This document shows positions 24,139-33,987 of a stretch of 64,000 nucleotides of DNA, piece by piece. A program made the translations under genes and the position numbers. The stretch spans positions 71,710 through 135,709 of the forward strand of contig JASHOK010000006.1 of the NCBI GenBank assembly GCA_030041175.1. Direction: 5' to 3'. Numbering within the stretch: the first letter of the stretch is position 1; every line of letters starts with the position of its first letter. Source of the stretch: Thermoplasmata archaeon (GTDB taxonomy: Archaea; Thermoplasmatota; Thermoplasmata; Lutacidiplasmatales; UBA184). The notes beneath the pieces are model-generated. The model was not told the origin of the DNA. It searched no databases and saw only the letters and a list, made by a program, of their open reading frames with translations.

Positions 24139-25107
24139 ATGAGGAGCGGGCCGGCCCACGGGTCCCCACGTGTCTGCCTCTCCCGGACGCGTCTCCCCGC
24201 CGGTTCGTTCCTCGTCCTGGGCGCGGTAGCCCTGCTGCTGGCGCTGTCGACCGTCCGGGCAGATTCCAGCGGCTACGGAGGCGAGGAGTACGAGTGGACG
24301 AACGGCTCCGTGCTGTGTGTCTTCAACGACAGCGTTCCGTCCGTCACGGTATCGGCCGATGACCTCAACGCGTCCGGCATGGACGGCGGCCTCGGAGCGG
24401 TCGAGGAAGTCTCCACGGCGACGGGTGCGGTCGTCAGCCAGGCGTTGATGAGTTCGCTCTCCTGGGAGCCCGAGAACGTGAGTTCCGCGTCCGCCTATGC
24501 GATGAGCTACTCGGAGGACGTCACCGTCTCCACGGTCGGCTCGACGCCGACGGCCCTCGGCGCCGCCGGGATCTCCGTGACCTTCACCCTCGACCGAACC
24601 GCGACGGCGCCCAACCTCTCGGACCGGGTGACGTTCCAGGTCGCCGTCGACAATTGGCCATGGCAGTCGACGCAAGACACGCTCGCGCTGATCGTGCCGA
24701 TCTGGTCGGCCGATGCGTCGACGGAGCATGTCGTCGTGTCCTCGTCGTCGAGCGCCCGGGTCGAGAGCGTCTCGTCGTCGACCGGTCAGATGCGGGAGTA
24801 CTTCGAAGCCGGCACTACGGCCGAGACCGCCACCGGGACGTCGGTGCCGGTGGGCGTGAAGACCGTCGAGGCCGACGGGGTGGCCACCGCCACGCTGACC
24901 CTGGGGAGCCCGGCCACCGGTGCGACGGGCCTGACGTACTCAGCGACCTTCGGGGTCGCGCCGACGACGCGGGTCCTTGGCATTCCGCTCTACGACTACG
25001 CGGTGGTGGCCGGCGGAGCCGGGCTGGTGGCGCTCGTGGTGGGCGTCGGAACGGGCCGGATCCGTCGGACCCCGTCGGATCTGACCTATGTGGAGGAGTC
25101 GGAATGA
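24139..25107 (+). CDS. Secreted Ser/Thr/Val-rich protein with C-terminal TM anchor
   Basis: The signal-like N-terminus reads LPAGSFLVLGAVALLLALSTVRA. Several N-x-S/T sequons are present. The C-terminus reads YAVVAGGAGLVALVVGVGTGRIRR. Start set at the internal ATG at 24139, after the upstream gene ends. Confidence 0.6.
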   Translation: MRSGPAHGSPRVCLSRTRLPAGSFLVLGAVALLLALSTVRADSSGYGGEEYEWTNGSVLCVFNDSVPSVTVSADDLNASGMDGGLGAVEEVSTATGAVVSQALMSSLSWEPENVSSASAYAMSYSEDVTVSTVGSTPTALGAAGISVTFTLDRTATAPNLSDRVTFQVAVDNWPWQSTQDTLALIVPIWSADASTEHVVVSSSSSARVESVSSSTGQMREYFEAGTTAETATGTSVPVGVKTVEADGVATATLTLGSPATGATGLTYSATFGVAPTTRVLGIPLYDYAVVAGGAGLVALVVGVGTGRIRRTPSDLTYVEESE

Positions 25108-25370
25108 ACGAACCCCCGGAGCCGGTGGAGGGACCTACCCAACCGCAGCGCGTCGTGACGCTTCCGTGCGGCCACCTCGTAGAGGTCGACCGGGAAGCGT
25201 CGTGGATCGCCCTCTCGGGCCCGGTACTGAATCATCAGGCCGAATGTCGCCCTCCGTCTCGCGTCGTATCGGCGTGGTTCCTCGATGACGGCCTGGATGC
25301 CCCGATACCTCTGGAGCGTTCTCCATCGCTGCCGGAGCTCCGGCCGGCCTTGCCCATCGCTTGGATCTAG
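25104..25370 (+). CDS. Small hypothetical protein translationally coupled to the upstream gene
   Basis: 88 aa beginning MNEPPEPVEG. There is an ATGA start/stop overlap at 25104-25107. No domain recognised. Confidence 0.4.
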   Translation: MNEPPEPVEGPTQPQRVVTLPCGHLVEVDREASWIALSGPVLNHQAECRPPSRVVSAWFLDDGLDAPIPLERSPSLPELRPALPIAWI

Positions 25371-25451
25371 TCGGCAACCCGGGAACCCGACCGGGCGGTT
25401 CGGGGTTCGCACCCCATCGACCGCTCGGTCGGGCCCGGGGAACGGGTTCTC

Positions 25452-25979
25452 CTACCGGATTCGGATCCGGTGCTCTTCCCCCGGCTCGAGCTTCGGCACC
25501 GTCACGGTGAGGATGCCGCTGTCCAGGTTCGCCTCGGCCTTCGTGGGGACGATCGGGGTGGGGAACGTCACCCGGCGCCGGTAGTGGGCTCCGCTCCGCT
25601 CGCGGTAGACGTAGTTCTTGGTCTCCGTCTCCTTGACGGCTTCCGTCGTCGCCTTCAGGTCCAGGTTCTGGCCCCAGAACCGGATCTCCACCTTGTCCTT
25701 CGGTACGCCCGGGAGGTTCGTCCGGACGAGGTAGCTGGTCGGGGTCTCCTCGAGGTCGACGGGGGGGGTCAGGCCGATCTCCAGTTCGCTCGGGAGCATG
25801 CGGACCGTCGGGGTACGCATCAGGTTGCGGATCCGGTTCTCGAAGAACTCGAGGTCGAGTCCGACATCCCGTACGTCCTGGCGGAAGTGCTCCAGCATCT
25901 GGTCTCCCGCGATCTCGATCTGGCGGGGGCTCAGGGGTTCGTCATAGGTCTTGACACGGCGTTCGGTGCTCACGGCCAT
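25452..25979 (-). CDS. Hsp20/alpha-crystallin small heat-shock protein
   Basis: The ACD core reads VDLEETPTSYLVRTNLPGVPKDKVEIRFWGQNLDLKA......E.....YVYRERSGAHYRRRVTFP..V....A.A.LDSGILTVTVPK. Start at the internal ATG (MAVSTE..). Confidence 0.88.
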   Translation of the reverse strand: MAVSTERRVKTYDEPLSPRQIEIAGDQMLEHFRQDVRDVGLDLEFFENRIRNLMRTPTVRMLPSELEIGLTPPVDLEETPTSYLVRTNLPGVPKDKVEIRFWGQNLDLKATTEAVKETETKNYVYRERSGAHYRRRVTFPTPIVPTKAEANLDSGILTVTVPKLEPGEEHRIRIR

Positions 25980-26120
25980 GCGTGTCTGCCTCCGCAGCGA
26001 GCACCGAGCGCGTTCGGAAAGAGCGTCCGTCGATGCGTGTTCACGAGAGAGCTTCTTAGGCACCGGGGCATCTAGGATGCCCTCGTATCCGGGGCGGGAG
26101 CCGCCGCCGCGCCCCGTCGC

Positions 26121-27089
26121 TCAGCCCTTCGTGAACAGGTAGTCGCGGATCGCCCCCTTGTCGAGCGTCAGCAGAACGCCCCGCAGCACGCCCGCGTTGT
26201 ACTCGCTCCCCGGGTTGAACACCGGGACGGGCCGGCCGCCCGTCGCGCCCACCAGGTCCCGGCCCGAGGATTCATGGATGTGTCCGTGGAGGCCGGCGAT
26301 CGGCCGGAACTCCTCGAGAACGGTCCGGACCGCCGGACTGCCGACCGAGGACATCACGAGCTGTCCGGCCTGCATCACGGGTCGGAGGTCGGGGGTGAGC
26401 TGGGGCGCCTTGTCGATCACGGTGTCCCGGGGCGGGGCGTGGGCGACCAGCAGGGTTCGACTCGGGTCGGCGGTCCGGACGAGCCGACGCAGGCCCTCCA
26501 GCAGCTGGGCGTCGGGGATCTCGCGCGGGGTGTTCCATGGCGTCGGGTTCGAGTATCCGTATCCGGCGATCTGGTAGCCCTCCCGGAACTCCACCACCTG
26601 TTCGTCGTAGGCGACGACCACGTCGCTGGGGGTCGTGCGGATGAACTCCGCCACTTCGGGATAGTCGTCGTTGCCGGCCAGCAGGTAGATCCGGGTACCG
26701 AGGGAGCGGAGCTTCTCCTCGGCCTTCGCGTAGAATCGTCGGAGGTCGGCGAGCATTTCCCGGAGAAAGACCGCGCGCTGCCGCGACTTGTCGGCCGCGA
26801 GCTCGGCGTATTCGCCCGGGGAGACGACCGTGTAGTAGAACCCCGCGTTCCGGATCTGCTTCTGGACGTCCGGCAGCTCGGCCCGGGAGAACTCCCGGTT
26901 GACGCCGAACAACTCGCCGGCGAGCGACCCGTCGGGCCGCTCGAGGATCGGCACGAGTACCTTCCCCGTGATGTCGCCCGCAACGACCAGGTCCCGAACG
27001 CCGTAGAACTTCGCCGAGTTCACGGCCTTGTTCATCACGACCTCCGAGCCGTGGAGGTCGGCGACCAGCAGGAACTTGACCGCGGCCAT
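26121..27089 (-). CDS. Metallophosphoesterase (calcineurin-like)
   Basis: Motifs present: VKFLLVADLHGS, LVVAGDITGK, LLAGNDDYPE, LLVAHAPP and GLHGHIHES. Confidence 0.85.
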   Translation of the reverse strand: MAAVKFLLVADLHGSEVVMNKAVNSAKFYGVRDLVVAGDITGKVLVPILERPDGSLAGELFGVNREFSRAELPDVQKQIRNAGFYYTVVSPGEYAELAADKSRQRAVFLREMLADLRRFYAKAEEKLRSLGTRIYLLAGNDDYPEVAEFIRTTPSDVVVAYDEQVVEFREGYQIAGYGYSNPTPWNTPREIPDAQLLEGLRRLVRTADPSRTLLVAHAPPRDTVIDKAPQLTPDLRPVMQAGQLVMSSVGSPAVRTVLEEFRPIAGLHGHIHESSGRDLVGATGGRPVPVFNPGSEYNAGVLRGVLLTLDKGAIRDYLFTKG

Positions 27090-27154
27090 CGCGTCCCAAA
27101 CGCCCGAATCCACCGTACGGGACTACAAGAGCGACCCGGCACCGGCCGGGTCGG

Positions 27155-28774
27155 TCACTCCGGCGGGATCTCCTTGAGCGCCAGCTCGAGGTCGATGCCG
27201 CGCGCCCTTCGGGCGGCCTTCGAGATGTAGTAGACGACGAATCCTCCGATGAACAGGGAGACCGCCACGAACGAGCCGATGATCGTATCCGTCGTGTTGC
27301 CCGGCACGTAGATCAGGAAACCGGGCTGGGTGAAGAAGCCGTACAGCAGCACCCCGATGAACACGGTCGCGATCGCCCCGACGAGCGAGATGACCGGTAT
27401 CGGCCCGATCCGCTTGGACTGGATCCCGGAGTTCGTGTAGAGCGTCTTGCGGAGCGGGAAGAAGATCGCCGCGATCGACACGATGAAGAAGTCGATCACG
27501 AGCCCGGCCGTGCTCGCCGCGAAGAACTGCACGAACTGCGCGACGTACGTGTAGGGGATCAGGAACGCTTCGGAGAGGATGAACGCGAACAGGATCGCGT
27601 AGGTGGGCGAGTGGAACCGGGGACTCACCCGGGAGAGCCGCTCGGGCAGGATCCGGTCGAACGACCAGGCCATCACATTCCGGCTCATGGTCAGGTACAG
27701 GAACGGGACGATCGCGAGCGACCAGGCCGTGATCCCGAGGCCGATCAGGTTCAGGACGAACTGGTTCTTCCCGGCCAGGATTCCCGCGAAGAAGACCAAG
27801 GACGGCGGGACCGACAGCGGATAGTTCGCCGGTGCCGCATAGTAGAGGGCGTACAGGGAGCCCAGGAACTGGTTCCCGATGGTGTGCGTCAGTCCCCAGG
27901 CCATCAGCAGGACGAGGCCTGTCAGGATGAGCAGCGAGCCGATCAGGGCCACCGGTGCCGCCCGCCGGGCGTTCCGGATCTCCCCGCCGACGTACGACGA
28001 GTACTGGAAGAAGATCAGGGTCTCGGCCGCAAAGCCGATTCCGAGGAGCGACGGGGCGAGCTGGTTCCAGTTGGCGACCGTGGGGAAGACCCCGGTCGTG
28101 TTGGCGGTGGTGATGACGGCCTGGTAGTTCGCGTAGGCGTTGAACGCGGTGACGAACTGGGCGTGGGTGCTCGCAGCGATCACGATGATCGCCGTCACCG
28201 TTCCGACGATCGCCACCGCGAACAGGACCCGGAGGACGTTGAGGGTGAGCCGCAGGCCGGTGAGGACGAGACCGGCCATCACGATGTTGACGATCGTGGC
28301 CGTGATGAATTCGCCATTCTGGGTCCCGAAGTAGTTGCCCAGACTCACCAGGCCCGAGCTCCCGTTGATCGTGCCGAGCGTGGTGAGCCAGCCCGACAGC
28401 CCAAGCGACGCGACAAAGGATGCGTAGGCTGCGATGTAGAAGATCGTCCAGATCGTCAGGGAGAAGTTGGCGGCGAAGCCGATCGACGGAAAGAGCGAGC
28501 GCGTGTTGTAGACGTAATCGCCACCGGACCGGGGCATGGCGACGTTGAACAGCCAGTAGACGATCGACAGCGAGAAGCTGGCCACGGCGGCGAACAGAAC
28601 GGCCTCGAGAAGGTTGACCCCGGGGAGCGTGTACGGCAGGACCAGGAGTCCGACGCTCCCGATCACCAAGTTCGCGATGACCAGGTTGATGATCACCGCG
28701 TCCGCGGTCGTTATCTGACGAACGAGGCCGGTCGCCTCCCGGACGAACGCCTGGGGGACTTGTTTGACGTCCAA
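27155..28774 (-). CDS. APC-superfamily amino acid/polyamine permease
   Basis: 539 aa with about 12-14 helices. The N-terminus (REATGLVRQITTADAVIINLVIANLVIGSVG..) and the early SGGDYVY motif are typical of APC permeases. Confidence 0.8.
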   Translation of the reverse strand: MDVKQVPQAFVREATGLVRQITTADAVIINLVIANLVIGSVGLLVLPYTLPGVNLLEAVLFAAVASFSLSIVYWLFNVAMPRSGGDYVYNTRSLFPSIGFAANFSLTIWTIFYIAAYASFVASLGLSGWLTTLGTINGSSGLVSLGNYFGTQNGEFITATIVNIVMAGLVLTGLRLTLNVLRVLFAVAIVGTVTAIIVIAASTHAQFVTAFNAYANYQAVITTANTTGVFPTVANWNQLAPSLLGIGFAAETLIFFQYSSYVGGEIRNARRAAPVALIGSLLILTGLVLLMAWGLTHTIGNQFLGSLYALYYAAPANYPLSVPPSLVFFAGILAGKNQFVLNLIGLGITAWSLAIVPFLYLTMSRNVMAWSFDRILPERLSRVSPRFHSPTYAILFAFILSEAFLIPYTYVAQFVQFFAASTAGLVIDFFIVSIAAIFFPLRKTLYTNSGIQSKRIGPIPVISLVGAIATVFIGVLLYGFFTQPGFLIYVPGNTTDTIIGSFVAVSLFIGGFVVYYISKAARRARGIDLELALKEIPPE

Positions 28775-29009
28775 GCTATCGCTTTCCCGTACGGCTGGGG
28801 CGGGGAGTCGCCTCCGGCTATTTCAATCTTCAGAAACGCATCGAGCGCGGTCCGGCCCGGCCGTCCGCGCGCCGGACGCACGCACCGGCTCGGCACCGGT
28901 CGACATCTGCCGCACCCTGCCGCATCCCCGCCGGCGCGCTGGACTGGGCGTCCATTCGGCTCGACGGGGCCTCCATATGCCGGCCCTCGGGTCGCTGCGC
29001 GAGGGAACG

Positions 29010-29585
29010 ATGCCGCGAACCCACGCGACCCCGGTGCTATCGCATCTGCTGAGAGAACAAGCGAACGCCGTCCAGCTGTACCTGCAGTACAAGGGCTACC
29101 ACTGGAACGTCGCCGGCCCGCTGTTCCGGGAGCTGCACCTGCTCTTCGACGAGCACGCAGCCACCGTGTTCGGGACGATCGACGCCCTGGCCGAACGTCA
29201 GCGGATGCTGGGAGCCCCCGCGGCCTACACGCTCGAGGAACTCCGGAGCGCGTCCACGCTGCCGGCGGAGGGCACGCTTCCCGGATCGACCCGGGAGATG
29301 CTCGCACGTCTGCTGGCCGCGCACCGGACGATCATCGAGGGAATGCACGCGGGGTTCAAGGCGGCCGACGTGGAGGGAGACCCGGGCACGGCGGACCTGT
29401 TCGCCCGGTTCGTCCAGTCGCACCAGAAGATGGAATGGTTCCTCCGGGAACTGGCGAGCGAGCCGCCGGTCGTTGCCGAGGAGCAAAGCCGTTCGGCGTA
29501 CGTCGGAGAGAAGGCGACCTACGGCTCCACGATCCCGACATCGCACGGTACCCCCTCGTTCCCGGGGCACCCGATGACCTCGTGA
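29010..29585 (+). CDS. dps: Dps-family ferritin-like DNA-protecting protein
   Basis: The sequence reads LLREQANAVQLYLQYKGYHWNVAGPLFRELHLLFDEHA..IDALAERQRMLG, which includes the ferroxidase ligand pattern. Start at the ATG at 29010, preceded by GAGGGA. The protein carries an unusual C-terminal tail of about 35 aa. Confidence 0.88.
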   Translation: MPRTHATPVLSHLLREQANAVQLYLQYKGYHWNVAGPLFRELHLLFDEHAATVFGTIDALAERQRMLGAPAAYTLEELRSASTLPAEGTLPGSTREMLARLLAAHRTIIEGMHAGFKAADVEGDPGTADLFARFVQSHQKMEWFLRELASEPPVVAEEQSRSAYVGEKATYGSTIPTSHGTPSFPGHPMTS

Positions 29586-29640
29586 ACGGTCCGGGTTCGC
29601 CCCCCGGCCCCGGGACCCTGGTCCCGGGGCCGGCCGTCAC

Positions 29641-32600
29641 TCACTGCGACGGCGGCGGACTCGCGGGGGGCTGGCTCTCGTCCCACTCTTTCGGCGGGGG
29701 CGCCGACTTCCATTCCTGCGCCGGCGGCGGTGAGGGCGCGCCGGGTCGGGAGCTCGCTCGGCGAGCGTAGTAGATCATGCCCACCAGGAACACGACGGCG
29801 AGGATGCCCAGGAGCACGACCAGTCCCTCGAAGAGCAGTCCCGGTCCGGAGCTCGTCGTCGGTGTCGACGTGAGGGTGACGTTGAGGTAGCCCGTGCCTT
29901 GGGACGGGACGGAGACGTTGTTGAAGTAGGTCTCGTACCCGGTCGCAGAGACCTCCACGGCGGCGACGCCCGCGGCGACGCTGGCCGTGACCGCACCGTT
30001 CGCGAGCACGACGGGGGTCCCGTCCACCCACGCATGGGCCGCCACGGGGAGGACGGCCAGCTTGAGCGAGCCGGGCAGGAGCGTGAAGGCCACCGACGCC
30101 GTGGCCCCGGAGCTTCCGACCTGTACGGGTTCGGATGCGGGGGACGGCGTGTAGCCCGTCGCAACGAAGGAGGCGGTATAGCTGCCCGCCGCGACGTCGA
30201 ACGTGACCGTCGGGGTGTCGCTCGAGGAGCTCTGGGGGAGGTTGTCCGTGCCGGCACCGGTGATGGTGGCCGTCCACTCTGCGCCGATGCTGAGGCCCGT
30301 CGCCGTGATCGTGAGAGGCACTCCGACCGCAAACGTGACGTCGAAGCTCGTCGGCGCCCCGTCGACCGTGACGGTCGGCGACGCGATGACCACGTATCCA
30401 CTCGGCCCGGACACCGCGACCGCGTACGTTCCATCCGCGAGAGGAATCTCGATCGTGGAGGTCGTCGAGCCCTGCGTCATGCCGGCGACCGACACGCTCC
30501 AGTTGTCCCCCGCCGGGAGACCGCTGGCGCTGAACGTCACCACAAAGGTCACCTCGGGTACGAGCGGGACGTAGTCCCCTCCGGTCAGGATCAGCCCGTT
30601 GTCGGTGAACGGAAGCGGTCCTCCGCTGTAGCTGGTCCAGTAGTTGCCGCCCTGATAGTTCGTGTCCACGATGCTGCCCGTCAGGATGAAGCCGTTGACG
30701 ACCCGCTGGTCGGTGAGAGGCTGCCGGGAAACGTTCCAGGCATCGGCGTAGGGAACGAAGCCACACTCGCCGAACTGCGCGCACAGGAACGGGTCGAACG
30801 GGTCCGTGAGCGCCGAGAGCGGTACCTCGAAGGCGTTGTCGTAGATCAGGTCTCCCGACTCGGACTCGTTAACGCCCGTCACGTTGGCGCCGCTGTCGTC
30901 GATCGAGCCCAGGCTGGTGGTGTCGATCGTTCCCGATACGAAGGTGTTCCCCCAGATCGTGTTGCCGGAACCGCCGTAGAGCAGGATGGCACCGCCCTGG
31001 TCTTCGAACGTGTTCGAGGCGATGAGCACGTTCTCGCAGCCCCACACGAGCACCGCGCTCTCCGGGTACTCCGTCTGGAAGAGGCTCATCCACCCCGAGA
31101 TCCCCGTTCCGTCAACGAGGGAGATGTCGGACGCGTCGTAGAAGTTGATGCCGAGGTCGTTCGAGGTCGGAAGACCCAGGCCGGCCGTGAACCCCGGAAC
31201 GTACGGCGCGGTGAACTCGAACGCCGGGATGTTGATGAGGAACGACGGCGGGGTGACGTCGACGAAGGCGGTCGTGTTCGCCAGGAGCAGTCCGGGGAAG
31301 ACCGGGAAGAGATAATCGTCCCACTGCGCGAACACGGCGTCCAAGGGGCCGACCTGGTTGTTGTCCAAGACGTAGGGGTCCGCCGCCGTTCCGGTGCCGC
31401 TCGAGGAGATCGCCCCGAGCTCACTGTTGTTGAGCGCAAAGAGGGGCGTATAGATCCCCTGCGACCTGTCGAGCGCCAGGTCTTCGGTCAGGGTTCGCGG
31501 GCTCCCGTCGAGCGTTAGGCTCCGGGCCACGGGGTCGTGGTCACTCAGCAGGAAGTCGAGATAGAACGTGCCGTGCGACGGCAGGTAAAACGTGGTCGGC
31601 GAGACCGCCGGGCTCGGGACCCACTGCGCCTGCTTCGTCTTCTCGGTGCCGCCGGGGTTGACGAAGATGAACGAATTGGTCGGGTGCAGATGCACCGTGA
31701 CCGCTACGGCGCCGGAGGCCCCGGAGTAGTTCCAAAGCCCGCCGACGAACGCCGGGCCGCTTCGGACCTCCGCGATGGGGTGAGTGCCGCCACTGGAATA
31801 GACGAGCAGGCCGACGGAGGTCTCGCCGGTCTCCTCCCCGGCGTTGTACGCCGAGGGCACAGTTTCCATCTGATCGGCGGTCTCATTCCAGAACTGAAGG
31901 TTGACGGTGGCGTTCGCCTCGTAGAAGGCGGTCGTGTCGCCGTCGTCGTTGCCCAGGAGGTCGATCTCCATGTCGTTGATGAGGCCGATCGGGTCGTACT
32001 GGTAGCCGTCCGACTGGTACTGCGGAGTAAGGGCGGGCGCCGTCGGCGTCCCGACCGTGGAGTTGAAGATGAGCCAGTCGAACGAGGCGGCCTGGTGGAA
32101 CGTCGCGTTGGTCACGCTGTAGTTGAAGTAGAAGGCCGGCCGGTCGTCGATGACGGTCGTATTCAGGTACATCGTGAGCGAGAACGGGTACCCGACCGTG
32201 ATGGCGGGCCCATACCCCTGGTAGAGGTACGGGAAGTCGGCCGTGGTTCCGTTGGGGCTGAACTCGTACACGCTGTTGGCGGGGAAGTACCCGGAGGCGT
32301 TCGAGAAGTTCCAGACTTCGTCCCCGAAGACCAGTTGCTGCGTGCTCGGCGTGTAGTCGACGTAGTTCTGGCTCCAGTACTGGTACGTGTCATTCCCGAA
32401 GACCGTGACGTTCGCGGCGACCGAGTTGAGCTGGATGCCGTAGGTGTTCGGTCCGTCGCCGTCCACGTAGAGCGACTGCAGGTTCGTGATGTTGACCGTC
32501 CCCGCCACGCTCGTCGTGTTGAGCTCGTAGGGCGTGAGCGTGCCGGAGTCGTTGCGGAGGCCGATGTCGGCCACCCCCATCGGAGCCGGAGCGTCGACGT

Positions 32601-32910
32601 AGCTGGGAGCTACCTGCTGATGGATCTGCGTGACGGCATTGAGGAAGTTGGGGAGGTGGATATGGGTCGGGTCGATCCCTTTCGCCCGGAGGCCCTCTTC
32701 GATGGCTTGGACCTTCTGGACCGCCGCCGGGGTCGTCGATCCGGCGGCGGAAGCGGTCGTCGCTTCCGCGGAGAGGGAGGCGGAGGCGGGAGCGGCGCGC
32801 GGCGAACTGGCCGTTGGAACCGCAACGGTCAAGGCGACCCCCAGGCCGCTCACGGACACCACGACCGCAAGGGCCAGTACGCACGCCGTGCGGCTCGCAG
32901 AGCGCCTCAT
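29641..32910 (-). CDS. Large membrane-anchored surface protein: thermopsin-like (peptidase A5) N-terminal region, beta-helix repeats, Ig/PEGA-like domains, TM anchor, Pro-rich tail
   Basis: The signal peptide reads MRRSASRTACVLALAVVVSVSGLGVAL. PAPMGVADIGL...G...PY...T.S..G..NI..L and many N-x-S/T sequons resemble thermopsin family proteins. CENVLIASNTFEDQGGAILLYGGSGNTIWGNTF is a right-handed beta-helix repeat. The C-terminal anchor reads LLFEGLVVLLGILAVVFLVGMIYYARR. Confidence 0.75.
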   Translation of the reverse strand: MRRSASRTACVLALAVVVSVSGLGVALTVAVPTASSPRAAPASASLSAEATTASAAGSTTPAAVQKVQAIEEGLRAKGIDPTHIHLPNFLNAVTQIHQQVAPSYVDAPAPMGVADIGLRNDSGTLTPYELNTTSVAGTVNITNLQSLYVDGDGPNTYGIQLNSVAANVTVFGNDTYQYWSQNYVDYTPSTQQLVFGDEVWNFSNASGYFPANSVYEFSPNGTTADFPYLYQGYGPAITVGYPFSLTMYLNTTVIDDRPAFYFNYSVTNATFHQAASFDWLIFNSTVGTPTAPALTPQYQSDGYQYDPIGLINDMEIDLLGNDDGDTTAFYEANATVNLQFWNETADQMETVPSAYNAGEETGETSVGLLVYSSGGTHPIAEVRSGPAFVGGLWNYSGASGAVAVTVHLHPTNSFIFVNPGGTEKTKQAQWVPSPAVSPTTFYLPSHGTFYLDFLLSDHDPVARSLTLDGSPRTLTEDLALDRSQGIYTPLFALNNSELGAISSSGTGTAADPYVLDNNQVGPLDAVFAQWDDYLFPVFPGLLLANTTAFVDVTPPSFLINIPAFEFTAPYVPGFTAGLGLPTSNDLGINFYDASDISLVDGTGISGWMSLFQTEYPESAVLVWGCENVLIASNTFEDQGGAILLYGGSGNTIWGNTFVSGTIDTTSLGSIDDSGANVTGVNESESGDLIYDNAFEVPLSALTDPFDPFLCAQFGECGFVPYADAWNVSRQPLTDQRVVNGFILTGSIVDTNYQGGNYWTSYSGGPLPFTDNGLILTGGDYVPLVPEVTFVVTFSASGLPAGDNWSVSVAGMTQGSTTSTIEIPLADGTYAVAVSGPSGYVVIASPTVTVDGAPTSFDVTFAVGVPLTITATGLSIGAEWTATITGAGTDNLPQSSSSDTPTVTFDVAAGSYTASFVATGYTPSPASEPVQVGSSGATASVAFTLLPGSLKLAVLPVAAHAWVDGTPVVLANGAVTASVAAGVAAVEVSATGYETYFNNVSVPSQGTGYLNVTLTSTPTTSSGPGLLFEGLVVLLGILAVVFLVGMIYYARRASSRPGAPSPPPAQEWKSAPPPKEWDESQPPASPPPSQ

Positions 32911-33018
32911 GGCACGCGACCGGAGAGGGCACCTAAGATAGCCTTTTCCTCGGAGAGACTCGGCGGTGGACGACCCATCGACGGGCCGCGCCGCGGGACC
33001 GACTGGGACCGAGGGCGC

Positions 33019-33987
33019 CTACGCCTTCGCGGGTGCCCGCAGGGAGCGGGCGTCGCCGGGAGGATTTCCCGGACCCAGGATGCGCGCCGCGAGCGCCTCG
33101 ACCACTTCTTCCGCATCGTTCGGCATCGGGACCCGACGGTATCCGATCCCGTGCGCCTCCGCAAATTCCCGCACTACCACGTCCAGGTCGTACAGCGTCT
33201 CGAGGTGGTCGAAGACGAAGCCGAAGGACGCGATCAGCTGGTTCCGTGCGCCTCGCCGCTGCCATTCCACCATGACGTCATTGATGTCGGGACCCAGCCA
33301 CGGTTCGGTGGTGTTGCCAGGGCTCTGGTACGTGAACGACCAGCGGTCGAGCCGGGCCTCGTGCGCGATCGCCGAGTAGGTGTCCTGAAGGATCTCGGGG
33401 TAAGGGTCGCCCCGGTCTCGCATCTGCTGGGGAAGGCTGTGGGCCGACAGGAGGACGGCCCCATCGGGGTCCGGATGCGCGGCGAGCTCCGCGCGGATCG
33501 CCCGGCTCCAGTACGCGATCCAGTTCGGGTCGAGATGCCAGTCGAGCCGCACGTCCACGGTGATGGGAGTACTCGACGCGCGGATTCCGTCCGCCACACC
33601 CTGCTGGTACGGTTCGCTGATCCAGAGGGAAGCATACGGAGTCAGCGGCACGGCGACGAGGTGCTGGAAGCCCGCATGGGCCGCCTCGGGGATGACGTCC
33701 CGGAGCGCGGGATGGCCGTGCTTGACTCCGAGGAAAACGCGGGTGCCCGGCCAGTCCCGGCCGACCCGACGCTCCAGCTTTTCTCGCACCGACGCCAGCG
33801 TCCGGTTCTGCGGAGAGCCGCCGATGCGCTGGTAGCGCCCGACGTACTCGTTGACCATCTCGGCAGAGGGCCGATGGCCGTGGAGGACATCGGTCAGATA
33901 GGCCGCTAGGTCGTCCGCGCCGTTCGGGCTCCCGTACCCCATCAGGAGTACGGCCGTGGTCTCGGAGGGTCCGTCCGCTGGCGTCAT
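33019..33987 (-). CDS. hemH: Ferrochelatase (coproporphyrin ferrochelatase type likely)
   Basis: The sequence reads VLLMGYGSPNG..DLAAYL..V......P...V.EY..RY..IGG.SP, then LLSAHSLP and FTYQS.G.....WLGPD. Confidence 0.88.
   Translation of the reverse strand: MTPADGPSETTAVLLMGYGSPNGADDLAAYLTDVLHGHRPSAEMVNEYVGRYQRIGGSPQNRTLASVREKLERRVGRDWPGTRVFLGVKHGHPALRDVIPEAAHAGFQHLVAVPLTPYASLWISEPYQQGVADGIRASSTPITVDVRLDWHLDPNWIAYWSRAIRAELAAHPDPDGAVLLSAHSLPQQMRDRGDPYPEILQDTYSAIAHEARLDRWSFTYQSPGNTTEPWLGPDINDVMVEWQRRGARNQLIASFGFVFDHLETLYDLDVVVREFAEAHGIGYRRVPMPNDAEEVVEALAARILGPGNPPGDARSLRAPAKA

Noticed and set aside
27611-29770. 719-aa plus-strand ORF
   Set aside because: It is antisense to the APC permease and out of frame with Dps. 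The sequence is low-complexity Asp/Arg/Gly/Glu-rich with no recognisable domain.
31537-33909. 790-aa plus-strand ORF
   Set aside because: It is antisense to the thermopsin-like gene and to hemH, is Arg/Val/Gly/Asp-rich, and has no motifs. The genes on the opposite strand are strongly supported.
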